A stretch of DNA of 64,000 bases from Squalus acanthias (GCA_030390025.1 CM059432.1:64544001-64608000); one strand, 5' to 3'. Counted from the first letter of the stretch, positions 49,101-61,026 are shown. Numbers and translations: made by a program. The notes: generated from the sequence alone by a model not told the origin.

Positions 49101-50992
49101 GTCATGAAGGTCAAATCCAAAAGTACCTGCAAAGTGATGCTCAGTAGCCAAAACTACTTCACACAGCGTTGACTCTGTGCAGAAGTCTCTTCTTCTCTCT
49201 TTCAGAATCTCTCTCTCTGTCAGAATGAGTGGTGCAAAAATGTCTACCACAGAAAAAGCCAGGAAGAGGCCGCCTTTAAATAGCGCCCCCCCAGCCCCTC
49301 ACCGACTGGGAAACGTTCCAGTCTCCCTGTCGTTGCTTGCGCCAGGCGGAAAGGAGGGGGGTGCCACTCAATATCTGGTCAGGGGCGCCACAAGGGTGTT
49401 GCATGCTCGACTGACGTCAAGATCTGCGGGCGCAGGAGATCGGGGCGGTACTGTTTAGCGCCGCCGCAAAATGTCTGGTCAATTTCGCGAGCGACGCAGA
49501 CATCGCCGCACCCGGGCGCTAGTTGCTTTGCGCCCCATTAGCGCCCTCTTAAGGCGCTAACGGGAGGCGCAAACCAACCGAATTTTTCCCCCAATGACTG
49601 TCTTACCAGACAATTAAATGATTTACGAGGAGCCCTAAGAGAGGCTCTTCAGCACCCCCAAAGGGAGTTGGACCACAGGCAGTGTCATATTACTATACAA
49701 CAGTTGGAAAACCAGCTGGGTGAAGAATGGGCTGTAATAGCAGCCGTCACGGGAGTAGACCCCCCTGCGAGTTATGATAAAGAATGCAAGGAGTTAAACG
49801 GAGAACTATATCCTCCCTTGCTACCCCATTCCCAAAAGGCCCCCGTCTCGTATGCCACCATCGACCTGGCTAAGAGGCCCCCAGCCTAAGCTGATAACAA
49901 TATCATAAAAGCCTCAGTGGACGAGCCTGCACCTGTTAAAGCCCCAGTTAATGTTCTGACTCACACCCAAGTGGTTCCTAACGCGCCACCAGCTGCTGAC
50001 GGGTGACCAGGCACAAGCAGGAGCACAACCAGAGGCAGCCCACCCGGGAATGCTGTGGGCGGGTACTTATGAACGATCCCAGCCCCTGAACTATGCAGAA
50101 CTACAGGCATGTGTCCAGCAATTCAGACCAGTTAACCCACGAACATGCCCCATAGAGCTAAGGCAACGTATAGTGGGGTTCCGGAATTACCATCCTAATT
50201 TTGAGGACAGTGACATGAAAAATGTTATACTGTCTGCCTTGACTCCGGACCTACAGACCAGTCTCCCATTCATGGCCTTTAATGTGGGGCCTGAATAACT
50301 TAATCCCAACTATACAAACAGCTCTGGGCTTGGACACTATTGATCTGGTTCAGAAATTAAGCCAGTCTCAACAAGGGCCTCATGAGACCCCTGCTGCATT
50401 CGGGGATCGGTTGTACACTGTTTATGAGATGATGCAGGCACGCCCCAATGATAATGTCTTAAACGAGAAGAATGAGGCAGCATTTAAGAAAATATACTTA
50501 AAGAATATTCAGGCCTCACTGCGAGCAGCCTTAGGGCACACTGTCAGCCACAACTCGCAATGGACAGACCTGTTAAGAGACGCTAACGCTGCATGGGCCT
50601 ACGCTAAAACTCAGGTCCAGGTACCAACAGCAGAGACACCAGTGCATGTAGTTGAGGGACCCCAGGCCTCCCCAGTATCACCACCCGGTAAGCAACCCTT
50701 GATATGTTATAACTGCGGAAAGGTGGGACACTTTGCAAAGGATTGCCAAGGTCCTAGACAGACAGGCTCTGGAGGTGGGAGGAATAATAATAATTACTCG
50801 CGATTTGGTCCGTCCCATTCACTCAATCCAATGGAGAGTAAAATAGATGCCCTAGGCTCATGTATGGAGAGAATGTCATGTATTATGCAAACTCTTGCAT
50901 CGACCCAGATGTCGGGGTGCCCCGTGGCTCCAACTATGAGCTCATCATTCCCGCCCCCACCATTGCCCCAACAACCCAACGGCCCACAATGA

Positions 50993-53900
50993 TGGGGCCC
51001 GGCCCCACCGGCCTGGTCTGAAGTGGGGTTCAGACGAGATGGTCATGGTCGACCGGTGGTCTCAGATTTGCTGCCTGGGGGCCGACAGCAGACGATGCTA
51101 ATAGACACCGGTTCATCTGTTACAATCCTGCATTCCCCAGACCCGGAACGCCAGCTTGAATTAGGCAAAAGTAGCTTCGTAATAACAGGAGTCACCGGCA
51201 CACAGGTACCAGCATACCTGGGAAAGGAAGTTAGTATTGTCCTGGGTACAATCCCCGTAAAAATCACCGATCCATTATTTATGTGTATGACAAACGAAAT
51301 GGGAATACTTGGCAATGACACCCTACGGGGAATGACAGTCATTATAGATTACAATCAGAACTGATGTGGGTTGAGTCTAAACCAGGAGATGTCGTGCAAA
51401 TCTCAGACGCCCACTCGGTGTTTGCTATAAAGAAGCTTGAGCAGATAGCGCTGCCAACACATTCCCTGCCTGCCGTTAACTCCTTAGTAACTAAACACGC
51501 AGCAGCCTTTGCTAATCTAAACACGACTGTGGGAGAATGGAAGGGGAAACGCAAATTAATGGGCCACCCCATCGCACATGTAAACAATACCCGATTCCCC
51601 GGGAAAGTATTCCGTATTTGCAAACAGTCATTGCCTCATTAGAAGAACAGGGAGTACTCCGCAAACCACCAATTCCCCTGCATGGCCGGTTAGGAAGCCA
51701 GATGAATCCTGGAGGCTTACTATTGATTACCGAGCCCTAAACAAAGCTTCCCCACATCAGAGTCCGACTGTTAGTCAAGCCCCTTCGCTACTGACATCCA
51801 TACCCCCAAAAGCTACTGTCTTCTCTACCCTAGACATAGCGAATGGTTTTTGGAGTATCCCAGTTGCTCAGGAGGACCAGTACAAATTTGCTTTCACATT
51901 TGAGGGGCAGGGCTACACGTTTACGTGTTTACCGCAAGGGTTTCATAACTCACCATCAATCTTTCATCAGTATATGGCACGAGCAGTTAAAGACTTTTCT
52001 AAACCATCAGCCCTTCTACAGTATGTTGACGACCTGCTCCTGGCTACCGAAACAATGGAGGAACACCTAGAACTTCTAGATGAGTTGATAGGGTTAGTAC
52101 AGAAGGCAGGGCTAAAAATAAATCCAAAAAAGACTCAGCTGGCAAAAGATGAGGTTACCTTTCTGGGAGTAAAGATTTCAGCGACCGGCCTTAGTCCGGA
52201 CCACCAAATAGTAGAGACTATTCAGCGACTCCCATTGCCAGTTTCGAAGACCGCACTGCGATCCTTTTTAGGCTTGGTTGGATATCAGTGAAATTTTATT
52301 CTGAACTTTGCAGACTTGGCTAAACCTTTGTATGATCTTTTAAAGGGCGATGCGGAAGAGATACAATCCGTATGGGAAGACCACCATACTGCTGCAGTTA
52401 GTGATTTGAAACAAGCCACGATGCAGGCTACTGCTCTCATTTCCCCGGATCACAGCCAGCCCTTCCATCTTGAAGTAGGCTCCACCCCTACCAGCCTAAC
52501 TGCCATTTTAAGTCAGACCCAAGCAATCAGCGAGACACTACGCCCCATCGCATACGCCTCATGTATCTTACGAGGGGTAGAAAGCACATTCTCAGCATGT
52601 GAGTGCCACCTGTTGGCCACATTTTGGGCAGTCAATCATTTTATTTATATCACCGGACTGCAAAAAGTGATTTTGCATTCACCACACACGCCCCTTAATC
52701 TGCTGCTAAAACCAAGTGAGACTGAGGTGTCCTCTCAGTGAATCAGTAAATGGACACTTGAATTGTTACAGCGAAACCTGGACATTACTCCTAAACGAAC
52801 TACACTGTTACCTCTTATGCTCGCCTATGAGGGAAGCCCACACCAGTGTCCATTACCAGTACTAGATATGGAACCAAACCCGGTAAATGCCAATGCCATA
52901 TCTGGAGCTCGAAATGTGTACGTAGATGGATCATCATACTATGTAGACGGCCATCCTAGAACTGGATGTGCCCTCATTGATATGGATGCTCCTGATTGGT
53001 CAGTGGGATTCCAGGTTCCCGCCCACTCCTCCCAACAAGCAGAACTAATTGCTGTAATTCTTGCTGCTCACTACACGACTACGGATGAAACTAATATCTG
53101 GTCTGACAGCAGCTATGTCTGTATTGCAGTTATGGCCCTTCCCCTATATCATACAAATGAGTTTTGCTCATCAGATGGTGAATCTTTATTACATTCTGGT
53201 CTCCTCTGTAAGCTATAGAAAGTGCTCCAGGAGCGAGTCGCTCCATTTCATGTAGGAAAGGTAGCAGCCCATCAGAAAGATTCATCTCCCCACTCCCGAC
53301 GTAACCAGGCAGCCGATCGTCTTGCTAAGGAAGCTGCTGAGAATGGCTGTCTATTGCCTTGGTGGGTGATGAATGACACTCAGACGCCTGTAGTGGGGGC
53401 GGTAACTAAAACCAAAACCATTGATCTTTTGGCCCTACAGGATTCACACGCTCCCTATGTGCAAGTAATAGCCTGGCATGAACAGGGACACCCATTACCA
53501 GCACCCACCCCATGGGCAGACTCAACTGTAGTACAACATGGTGCGGATAAAAACCCTCCCCTGCTAATGGTCAGGAATAAAGAGGGAGACTTAGTAGTTT
53601 GTATTCCTCCTCAGTTGAAGGAAGAAATTCTGTCCCTCTTCCATTCTCACCCGACAGCGGGACATTACTGAGCGGCCACTACACTACGAAAGTTATTACC
53701 CGTTTGCTGGTGGCCTGAAATGGAGCAGCATGTGGAACAATGGGCCAAAAATTCGGCACTTGCCGGGTGAGTACGTACTGTGTACTCACCCGTAAGCCCT
53801 CCTGAAGTGCCGGTTTCCTGCATGCACTGCGCATGCGCCGGAAACCGGAACTTCCGGTCTCGTGAAGGGAGCGGTTCAGAGGTGAACCGCGTGCACGGGA

Positions 53901-55440
53901 GAGGCTGCGCGCACGCAGCGAACTTAGGTTTTTTTTCAGGTTTCTCCGGGAGGTAAGTATGAAAAAGCTGCGTTTTTAAAAAGGAGGCGCAAGACCCGTT
54001 TTTAACAAGGTAAGTGGTTAATTAATTACAATTTAAACATTTTTTCAACAGGTTTATCTTTTTTAGATACTTTAAAGAAAGGTAAGTTTATTTTTAGCGC
54101 TGTTAAAAAGTATTTTAATTTTTTCAAAAATTTTAATTTTTGTTTAAAGTAGTTAATTTATTTAACTTATAGTTATTTTAAAAATGTGATGGTTTTTAAA
54201 AAAAATTATTTGAAGTTTAGGTGTTGTTTTGGGGCCGATTTCAATTCATAGATTTGACCGGTCTTCCTGTCAAATCTATGAATGAAAGATGGTCTGCTGC
54301 CATTGACTCTCCATGGCCCACGTGATCCCAGGGGACGCATCGCACTAACTACGCCCCTGGGATACACAAGCACTGCGCGCCGGCAGCTGCAAGAGGCCCA
54401 GGAGCTGAAGTCCCCGTGGGCCCAGAGGTCAACAGCAGGCGCGGTAGGTAGGTACGCGCGGGATCCTTGCACCCGCGGGAAGCCAGGGAGCCTAATTTCT
54501 GGGCCAATATGTTAATCGCTGCCTGCCCTGCCTACAAACAAACCCTCCTTCATGTTCTAATCGTGCCTTGCTTAGGTCACAGCCCCCCCCGAGGGACCAT
54601 GGACACACCTACAGATTGACTTTATTGGTCCGCTAACAAAATCCAAGGGTAACTACGAGTATGTACTCGTTGATATTGATCAGTTCACTAAATGGATCGA
54701 GTCATATCCCACAAGAAACAATAAAGCGCGCACTGCTGCCCTGAGTGAGGTGTTCTGTAGGTGGGGATTACCACTACAAGTGGATAGTGATCAGGGTCCA
54801 CACTTCACGGGGGCAGTTTTCACAACCCTACAAGAAATGTTACAGATAAAACATAAATTGCACATTGCGCACCATCCACAATCATCAGGGATTGTGGAGA
54901 AGGGGAATCGAACTCTAAAAACAATGCTGCAGAAGCTGTGTACAGAACACCCCACTCAGTGGACTAACATGTTGCCCTTATGTTTGATGGCAATACGTTC
55001 TACCCCACACGGGACTACGAGGGTAAGTCCATATGAGGCTATGACTGGGAGACAAATGCGGATACCAGGACACGTAACATTTGGGAAATAACACACCATT
55101 AAAGTTACACCCTTGTAGCCAAAAATGGTTACAAACCTTGATAGATCATATGGACGAGATGAACAGGCTGGTGGCCATTAACATAGGCAAATCGCGTGAA
55201 CAAATCAAGCGATATTATGATAAGAGAGTAAAACCATTTGAGTATGAGGTTGGGGACCAGGTAATGTTACTAAATTTCTCTCCAAAAAAACACTCATTCG
55301 AGGTAAAATGGACGGGCCCTCATACCATAGTAGATAAACTAAATCCAGCTGTGTATCTACTGAATATTCCATATGGTCCGAAGGGAGAACCTAAACTGAA
55401 ATGGTTCCATATCAATCAGATGAAAACTGTTAAGAATTAA
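50993..55440 (+). pseudogene. pol: pro-pol: aspartic protease, RT, tether, RNase H, integrase
   Basis: LIDTGSSVT; LDIANGFW, LPQGFHNSP, QYVDDLL; RPIAYAS tether; VYVDGS/QQAEL/IWSDS/NQAADRLA; HSHPTAGH...CLPC; LQIDFIGP, SDQGPHF, HHPQSSGIVE; WTGPH. Multiple stops and frameshifts. Confidence 0.95.
53742..54505. mobile_element. Harbinger-type MITE inserted in the integrase zinc finger
   Basis: TIRs GGGCCAAAAATT ... AATTTCTGGGCC with an AAT TSD. Removal gives WWPEMEQHVEQYVNRCLPC in frame. Confidence 0.9.
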
Positions 55441-55473
55441 GATGTTACATTTTGGTCTACCCATAGGTTAAAG

Positions 55474-57948
55474 ATGTGGCTCTGTATACTGATATTGATG
55501 ATTGGATGTGCAGTGAGCTCTACAGAGGTAACAAAAACTTTTGACATTACCATCAACATCTGTACACCGGATCAAGGAGGTGAATGCACCCCACTCCCCA
55601 TCTATGGAATGGAGCCTCAAATTGTTGGCGGACATAAACAATCAAAGAACCAAAGTGGTTCATCTGAGACATATGGGGGGAATGTTCCGGTTTGGATCAG
55701 AAACAGTACAAAAGATAATGTAACAACAACATATGTGACGGGTTGTGGTATATTACAAGAAAAGGTGTATAGTTAGGAAATAAAAGAAGGATATGGTGTG
55801 TGTATCAGGTGCGGGATAAGGGACAGCAAAGGCCCAAATGTGTGGAAATTCCGAAAGAAAAATAATGGAATCTGGGAACAGGTACAAGAATCAAACCAGG
55901 GCCCAGTAGCTTCAGAGAGCAAGGAATACGTACAATTATGTTGGCCTTGGTGGTGGAAGAAACACACCGGCCAGTATTCTTGTATTGGGTCAAATATTAT
56001 CTCGGACCTTAAAAATCAGGGTGATGATTGGCCTCCTATCCCCGAAGATAATATAAAGATTACCTCAGCAGGGAATTAACCCTTTGTGACAACCTTTAAA
56101 CGTTGGGGAAATTATAGGGACCCTGAGAATGAGGATAGCAGCATCGTAGAATTCAAAAATGCAATAACTGGATGTGTAAGGGAGGATGGGTATTTCTATA
56201 GCGTTAGGCTCACACCCTTTGAGAAAACAAACCATTCAGAACCCAAGAGGGAGTACTCGCGAAACAATGCCCCCACTTAAAACCTGGACCTGGGAATGGT
56301 CTTGTAATTATCCCTACCTATAAAGCAGTGTATCATCAAGTAATACCAGAAGTGGCCCCTGTTATCCTCAATTTAACAGACCAAATACTACCAAAGTGGT
56401 GCCCTGACAAAACAGCGCAATTAACTCAAAGAATGCTGCAGCAGGTTTTTAGCCAATAATGGAAAAAGGCGACTTTGTTGACGAGCATAGAGAAAACAGA
56501 AGGGGCCTTCCACCACGAGCTTAGTACCGCTCAAGAGGAAAGCCAGGGAAAGAGTAGACAGAGAAGAGGATTGATAAATGATGGGCTCACAGGTTTCAAC
56601 ACAGTAACCTCAGTAGTTAACTCAATGGATTCCGCAGATTTACAGAGACAATTACAAACGGTAAGGGAGAAATTGAAGGAGATACTCAGTAAGGAAAGCA
56701 GCATAGAAAGCGAGGAGCTAAGGGAGGATCTGGTAATGACCATACACCTGCGGGACATCATACACGAGTTAGAGGATCATGCCAAAAGAATTAATGAACT
56801 GATTAGAGAAAACAGAAATGCCTCTGATCAAGCAGCCCATCATGACGTATGCATTATGTATGGGAATTGGCTGATTGAGCAAACTAGGGAAAACCTTCAG
56901 ACCATCAATAAGGGATGTCTCCCCACTTGGGTCACGAATAAACACTTATCAGGGCTATCCAGTTATTACGATGATGCAGAACTATGTAAGATCAGAAGTT
57001 TGATTAGGATCCACCCCTGTCAAACACGAATGCCACGAGGTAGGGAGTCAAAGGTTGATGGGACTAATACTGCAAATTCCTAGTCTAATGAATCGAACCA
57101 GGCCCAGCCCCCTATTTAGAATAAAGAATATAGGAGTAGTAAAAGGAAATACTATTAACCGATTTCTCACGGCACCACAATGGTTAGTACAGTTAGAAAA
57201 ACTAACATGGATTGAACCAAACCTACAAGGATGTAACACAAATGAGGATGCCCTTGTTTGCCCATACAGTTTGTATCATCATTCAAAGGACATCTGTGGG
57301 AATGAAGAACAGTTAAACTGTACTATGGAAGTGACAGGCTCCTCAGTTGTAAGAACTAGATCAGCCTACATACGAGAAGGGAGGTATTGTTTTACCACTT
57401 TAGAAAACTCTTAGAATCACGGAACACTTGAATGTTCAATAACCCCAGGGACCTACTGTATCACACCTACAAAGACTACGGTAATAGGAGGAAAAATTCT
57501 CCTTGCAATAGCCTCACATGACCAGCAGGTATTACAAGTAGAAGATAATTTAAATATAAATCTAGAAGGTTATGTCACTAAATTCGGATATGATATCCCT
57601 GAGCTACCTGAAGCCTTAACCGAATTAATAAATCAAGTGAGCACCTCCCAACGCCATTATTATACACTGGTGCAAAGGAATAAAGCTATAGCCAAGGAAA
57701 TTCCAGGTATCGAAGATCAAACACACTGGTGGGACATAGGGACAAACATGGAACTTCCTCCTTGGATTAGGATAATTTCCCATGTACTGGTCAAAGCCCA
57801 ACTTGTAGTACTGATATGCTTACTATTCTACACCTGCTACCTGAAACACCTAATGTACGAAACCCGATCACGTTTAAATATGATCACAACCCAGAATATC
57901 TTAGAGTTACATAAACGTAGGAGAACAAACCCACATGTAAGATTTTAG
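55474..57948 (+). pseudogene. env: env glycoprotein (signal peptide, SU, furin site, heptad region, Cys-rich region, TM)
   Basis: MWLCILILMIGCAVSS signal; RQRR|GLIN at 56556-56567; hydrophobic IISHVLVKAQLVVLICLLFYTCYL near the C-terminus. A candidate splice acceptor (CCCATAG) lies just upstream of the ATG. Confidence 0.88.
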
Positions 57949-57991
57949 TTTTGAGGGGTTGGCAAAATGCCTCGCCCTCAAGGTAGGGATC

Positions 57992-58723
57992 TGTAGGATA
58001 GAGTGTACCTGTAGGATTTAGTAAACATTATTAAGATTGTATAACCATTTTTATATAACTATAATATGTGAAATTGTATGTTAAAAACCTAAAAAGTCTG
58101 TATAAAATGGCGAATGGCTGAGACTAAAGCAGGGAAATTATGCCAAACTGACTAAAAACCTCTGTTATAAATTACTGAAGTAATGGAATGTTGTGTTAAG
58201 TAAACCCAGAGAGAGTAGGAGGCATGGAATTCGGTATTGTTATGGAAAAGAGATAGAAGTTGGAGACAGCCTTCATTTAAGAAGCTGCAGAATAGACAAA
58301 CTGTTTAGAAAACACCTCAAGGATGTTCTGTAAAGCTCACAGCAGAAAAGGGGAGGAAATCATAGACCGTACTTGTGAAGGTCAGAATGGTGAGATAGCC
58401 CAAGCAGCTGCAAGTTGCTATGTATTTTGAAGGGAAAAAAAGGTATAAAGGAACAGCTATTGAACACTGGAAGCAGCGTGAAACCAGAGGATGAGAAGCT
58501 TCAGTCAACAGATCACAGCAAGATAATAAAGAGATCGCGTCACATTCACTCGGAAGGAACGCCGGGGTTCAATGACTGTGACTATCTTTTTGTTATGTAT
58601 TACTTCTTTGTACTGGATGTTTAATGCTTAATAAACCTGTTTTACTTATACACAATATACCTGTACCCAGAGTGGTTTGTGTAGTCACGGACAAATTATT
58701 ATCAAGGGCTTTTAAAAGCTACA
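57992..58723 (+). repeat. 3' LTR of provirus (732 bp)
   Basis: TGTAG...CTACA, preceded by the short purine tract AAGGTAGGGA and followed by the GGAG TSD. Confidence 0.95.
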
Positions 58724-59563
58724 GGAGTACCTTCACCTCAAGGACTGCAGCAGTTCAAGAAGGTGGCTCACCACCACCTTATCCAGTGCAATTAGGGATG
58801 GGCAATAAATGCTGTCCTTGTCAGTGATGCCCACATCCCAGGAACGAATAAAAAAATATATTAAAAAACAATCAAACATTAATGCCTTTCAGGCACATTC
58901 CTCCTACAAAGTATGGGTCAATCCACAACAAACAGTATTTACATAATGCTTTTGTCTTGAAGATATTTACAGTTAATTATTCTGCTGGCAATTTATAATT
59001 CATAATACATGTAAAACTATACTGAAATCTTTATTGCTGAGAATTTTGTAATTTGCAGTTGAGCAGGATCTAGGCTGAATAATATCTTCAAGCCAAACTC
59101 CAGTGTCAAATTGATGTGAGAAAATCTGCCTTTAATCTTATCCGGTAATACTTACTGGCAGTCTGAATTTTAATTCTGTCAGCTGGGCATAGAGTGTGGA
59201 CTATGAGAAAACTGGTTATTAAAATGTTTGATGCTTGTCTTTGACATGAATTACAATTAACATAATATATCAAGTCATCACAGTCTCAAGATGATCACCA
59301 TAAAAAGGTTACACTGATGAGTTTGTAATGATTCTGAACTTTTAGTAACATCAACAGATCAAGTGGCCAATATTATGCTTGCTTTTTCTTTAATGGATTT
59401 CTGAGTTCTATATTTTTTATCAGTAAAAGCGAACAAGTGAGTGATGGTGCAAATCAGGTTATCAATTTGTGCGAACATTAGTTCTCAGGTATCAGGCTAG
59501 CTTCCAGTTTTGCAGTCAGCTAAAAACAAAAGTGGGCAGAATTTTATAACTCGCATACACTAA

Positions 59564-61025
59564 GGCCACGATTTTGCCTACCGAGGCCGGGTCTGGTGTG
59601 GCCGGGGTCGGTGGTGGGGTGCGACCCCGCTGCTGGCTCCAGCCTGCTCTGTGAAAAGAATTTTACGTTGTTTGGGCTTGTTAAGCCCGCTCTGCGCATT
59701 TTCCGGCCAATTGAAGGAAGCGGGTGTGATGACATCACTTGATGACCCGTCATCAGCTGGTTTCCTTAAAGTGACCATGGCCACATTGATTTTGACAGTT
59801 GTGCTGTCAGTGTTCTACAGCATTGAGGTGCTGCAAACACTGACAAACACTGCACAAAGGTGAACGGCTGCACCCAGGCTCTCGCATGACTCCCTCCATA
59901 TGCTTATAGAGGGAGTCACAGCACGCTGGAGATTCTCTTCCCTTCCTATGGCATGATCAGCCATGATTGCATTGAATGGCGGAGCAGGCTAGAGGGGCCG
60001 AATGGCCTACTCCTGCTCCTATCTTCTATGATTCTATGATTCTATGGGCGGAAGAGACCTCCCCAGGAGATCCACGCAGTCTGGTTGCACATTGCACAGG
60101 AGGACACAAGCAGGGATGTCGTCAGGAGTCCCTGGCTGCAGTGGCGCCAACCTTTCAATGATCTCAGTAGATCACAAAACATTACTGCAAAGCCACACTC
60201 AAACTCACTCTGCTGTGCCACTCATCACATTCCTATCACTCTGCCTTCCCTACCCTACTCCTGCACATCCTTACTCACACCAACTTACCTTGCACCTCCA
60301 CCCATCCTCCCTATCTACATTATCACTTCCCTATCTCACTAGCCACCCCTCACACTCACCTTCATCCTACTGCAAGCATACCAACTAACAATACACAAGG
60401 GTAGGCAATTGAGTGGTTTAGACAATGTTCATGTCAAGTTTCTGTTAATGTGTTGTCAAACATTGAAATCTATATTTTCAACACTTCACCTTATTGAGAT
60501 CTGTACATACCTTGAGAAGTGTCTTAGTGAATTCCAGTGAATGTTGAAACATAACTCCCCTCCTGCTATTGTGATGAGTGTGAAAGGAATGGCTTGGACA
60601 TTATAGGGATGCTGTATGGTGCTGGTGGGGGATGGTGTCAACCTGGCGCATCATGTGGCAGCCAGGGTGTACAGCGTCAAGTGAAGTAAATCTGGCTATG
60701 GTGATGTAATCGCTGGCCTCCCGGGCAGCAATGTTGTCAGGTGCTGATGCCATGGTTCCTGTGCAGCGTCAGGTGATGGCGGAGAAGGTTGGTGTTGTTG
60801 TTGGTGATGTTGGTGTGCTTGGTGATGTTGGTGTTGGGGCTAATCATGGAAGGATTCAGAGGACCAAGGTGTGATTTTGTTCAAGGGCACCAATGTTGCT
60901 GGAATAGATGGCAGCTGCAGTTGAGATGACAGAAGCGATCTGTCAATGGTGAGAGAGGTTGTTCCAATGAGGTGCCATTGGATAACGAGTTGGCTCTAAA
61001 CACTTGCAAGTTACAGAAAGCTCTA
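59564..61025 (+). mobile_element. Old Harbinger remnant with decayed Myb exon; contains a short CR1 3' tail insertion (~59950-60045)
   Basis: GGCCACGATTTT terminus; AAPRLSHDSLHMLIEGV...WLHIAQE...WLQWRQPFNDL. The CR1 piece has a (CTATGATT)n tail. Right boundary uncertain. Confidence 0.6.
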
Positions 61026-61026
61026 T

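Larger units (their letters stand above)
45502..49592 (+). mobile_element. Two-gene Harbinger transposon inserted in gag
   Basis: TIRs GGGGGAGAAATTC ... GAATTTTTCCCCC with an AAT TSD at 45499-45501 and 49593-49595. Confidence 0.95.
45004..50992 (+). pseudogene. gag: gag (coiled-coil N-terminus, capsid, CCHC nucleocapsid), interrupted by Harbinger; probable true start at ATG 43308, upstream of the LTR A insertion
   Basis: 45004-45501 joins 49596 in frame (LTKDN-DCLTRQLNDLRGAL). LYPPL motif, MHR-like QQGPHETPAAFGDRL, and CYNCGKVGHFAKDC at 50705-50746. Several stops and frameshifts. Confidence 0.85.
42428..58723 (+). mobile_element. Full-length endogenous retrovirus (LTR-gag-pro-pol-env-LTR), lokiretrovirus-like or basal spuma-related
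   Basis: Paired LTRs, outer ends TGTAG...CTACA, GGAG TSD at 42424-42427 and 58724-58727, PBS, and all core genes in order. Confidence 0.95.

Noticed and set aside
42428..58723. Canonical endogenous foamy virus
   Set aside because: It has a CCHC knuckle, short LTRs, in-frame gag-pro, a short Env signal peptide and no accessory ORFs after env. Phylogeny is still needed.
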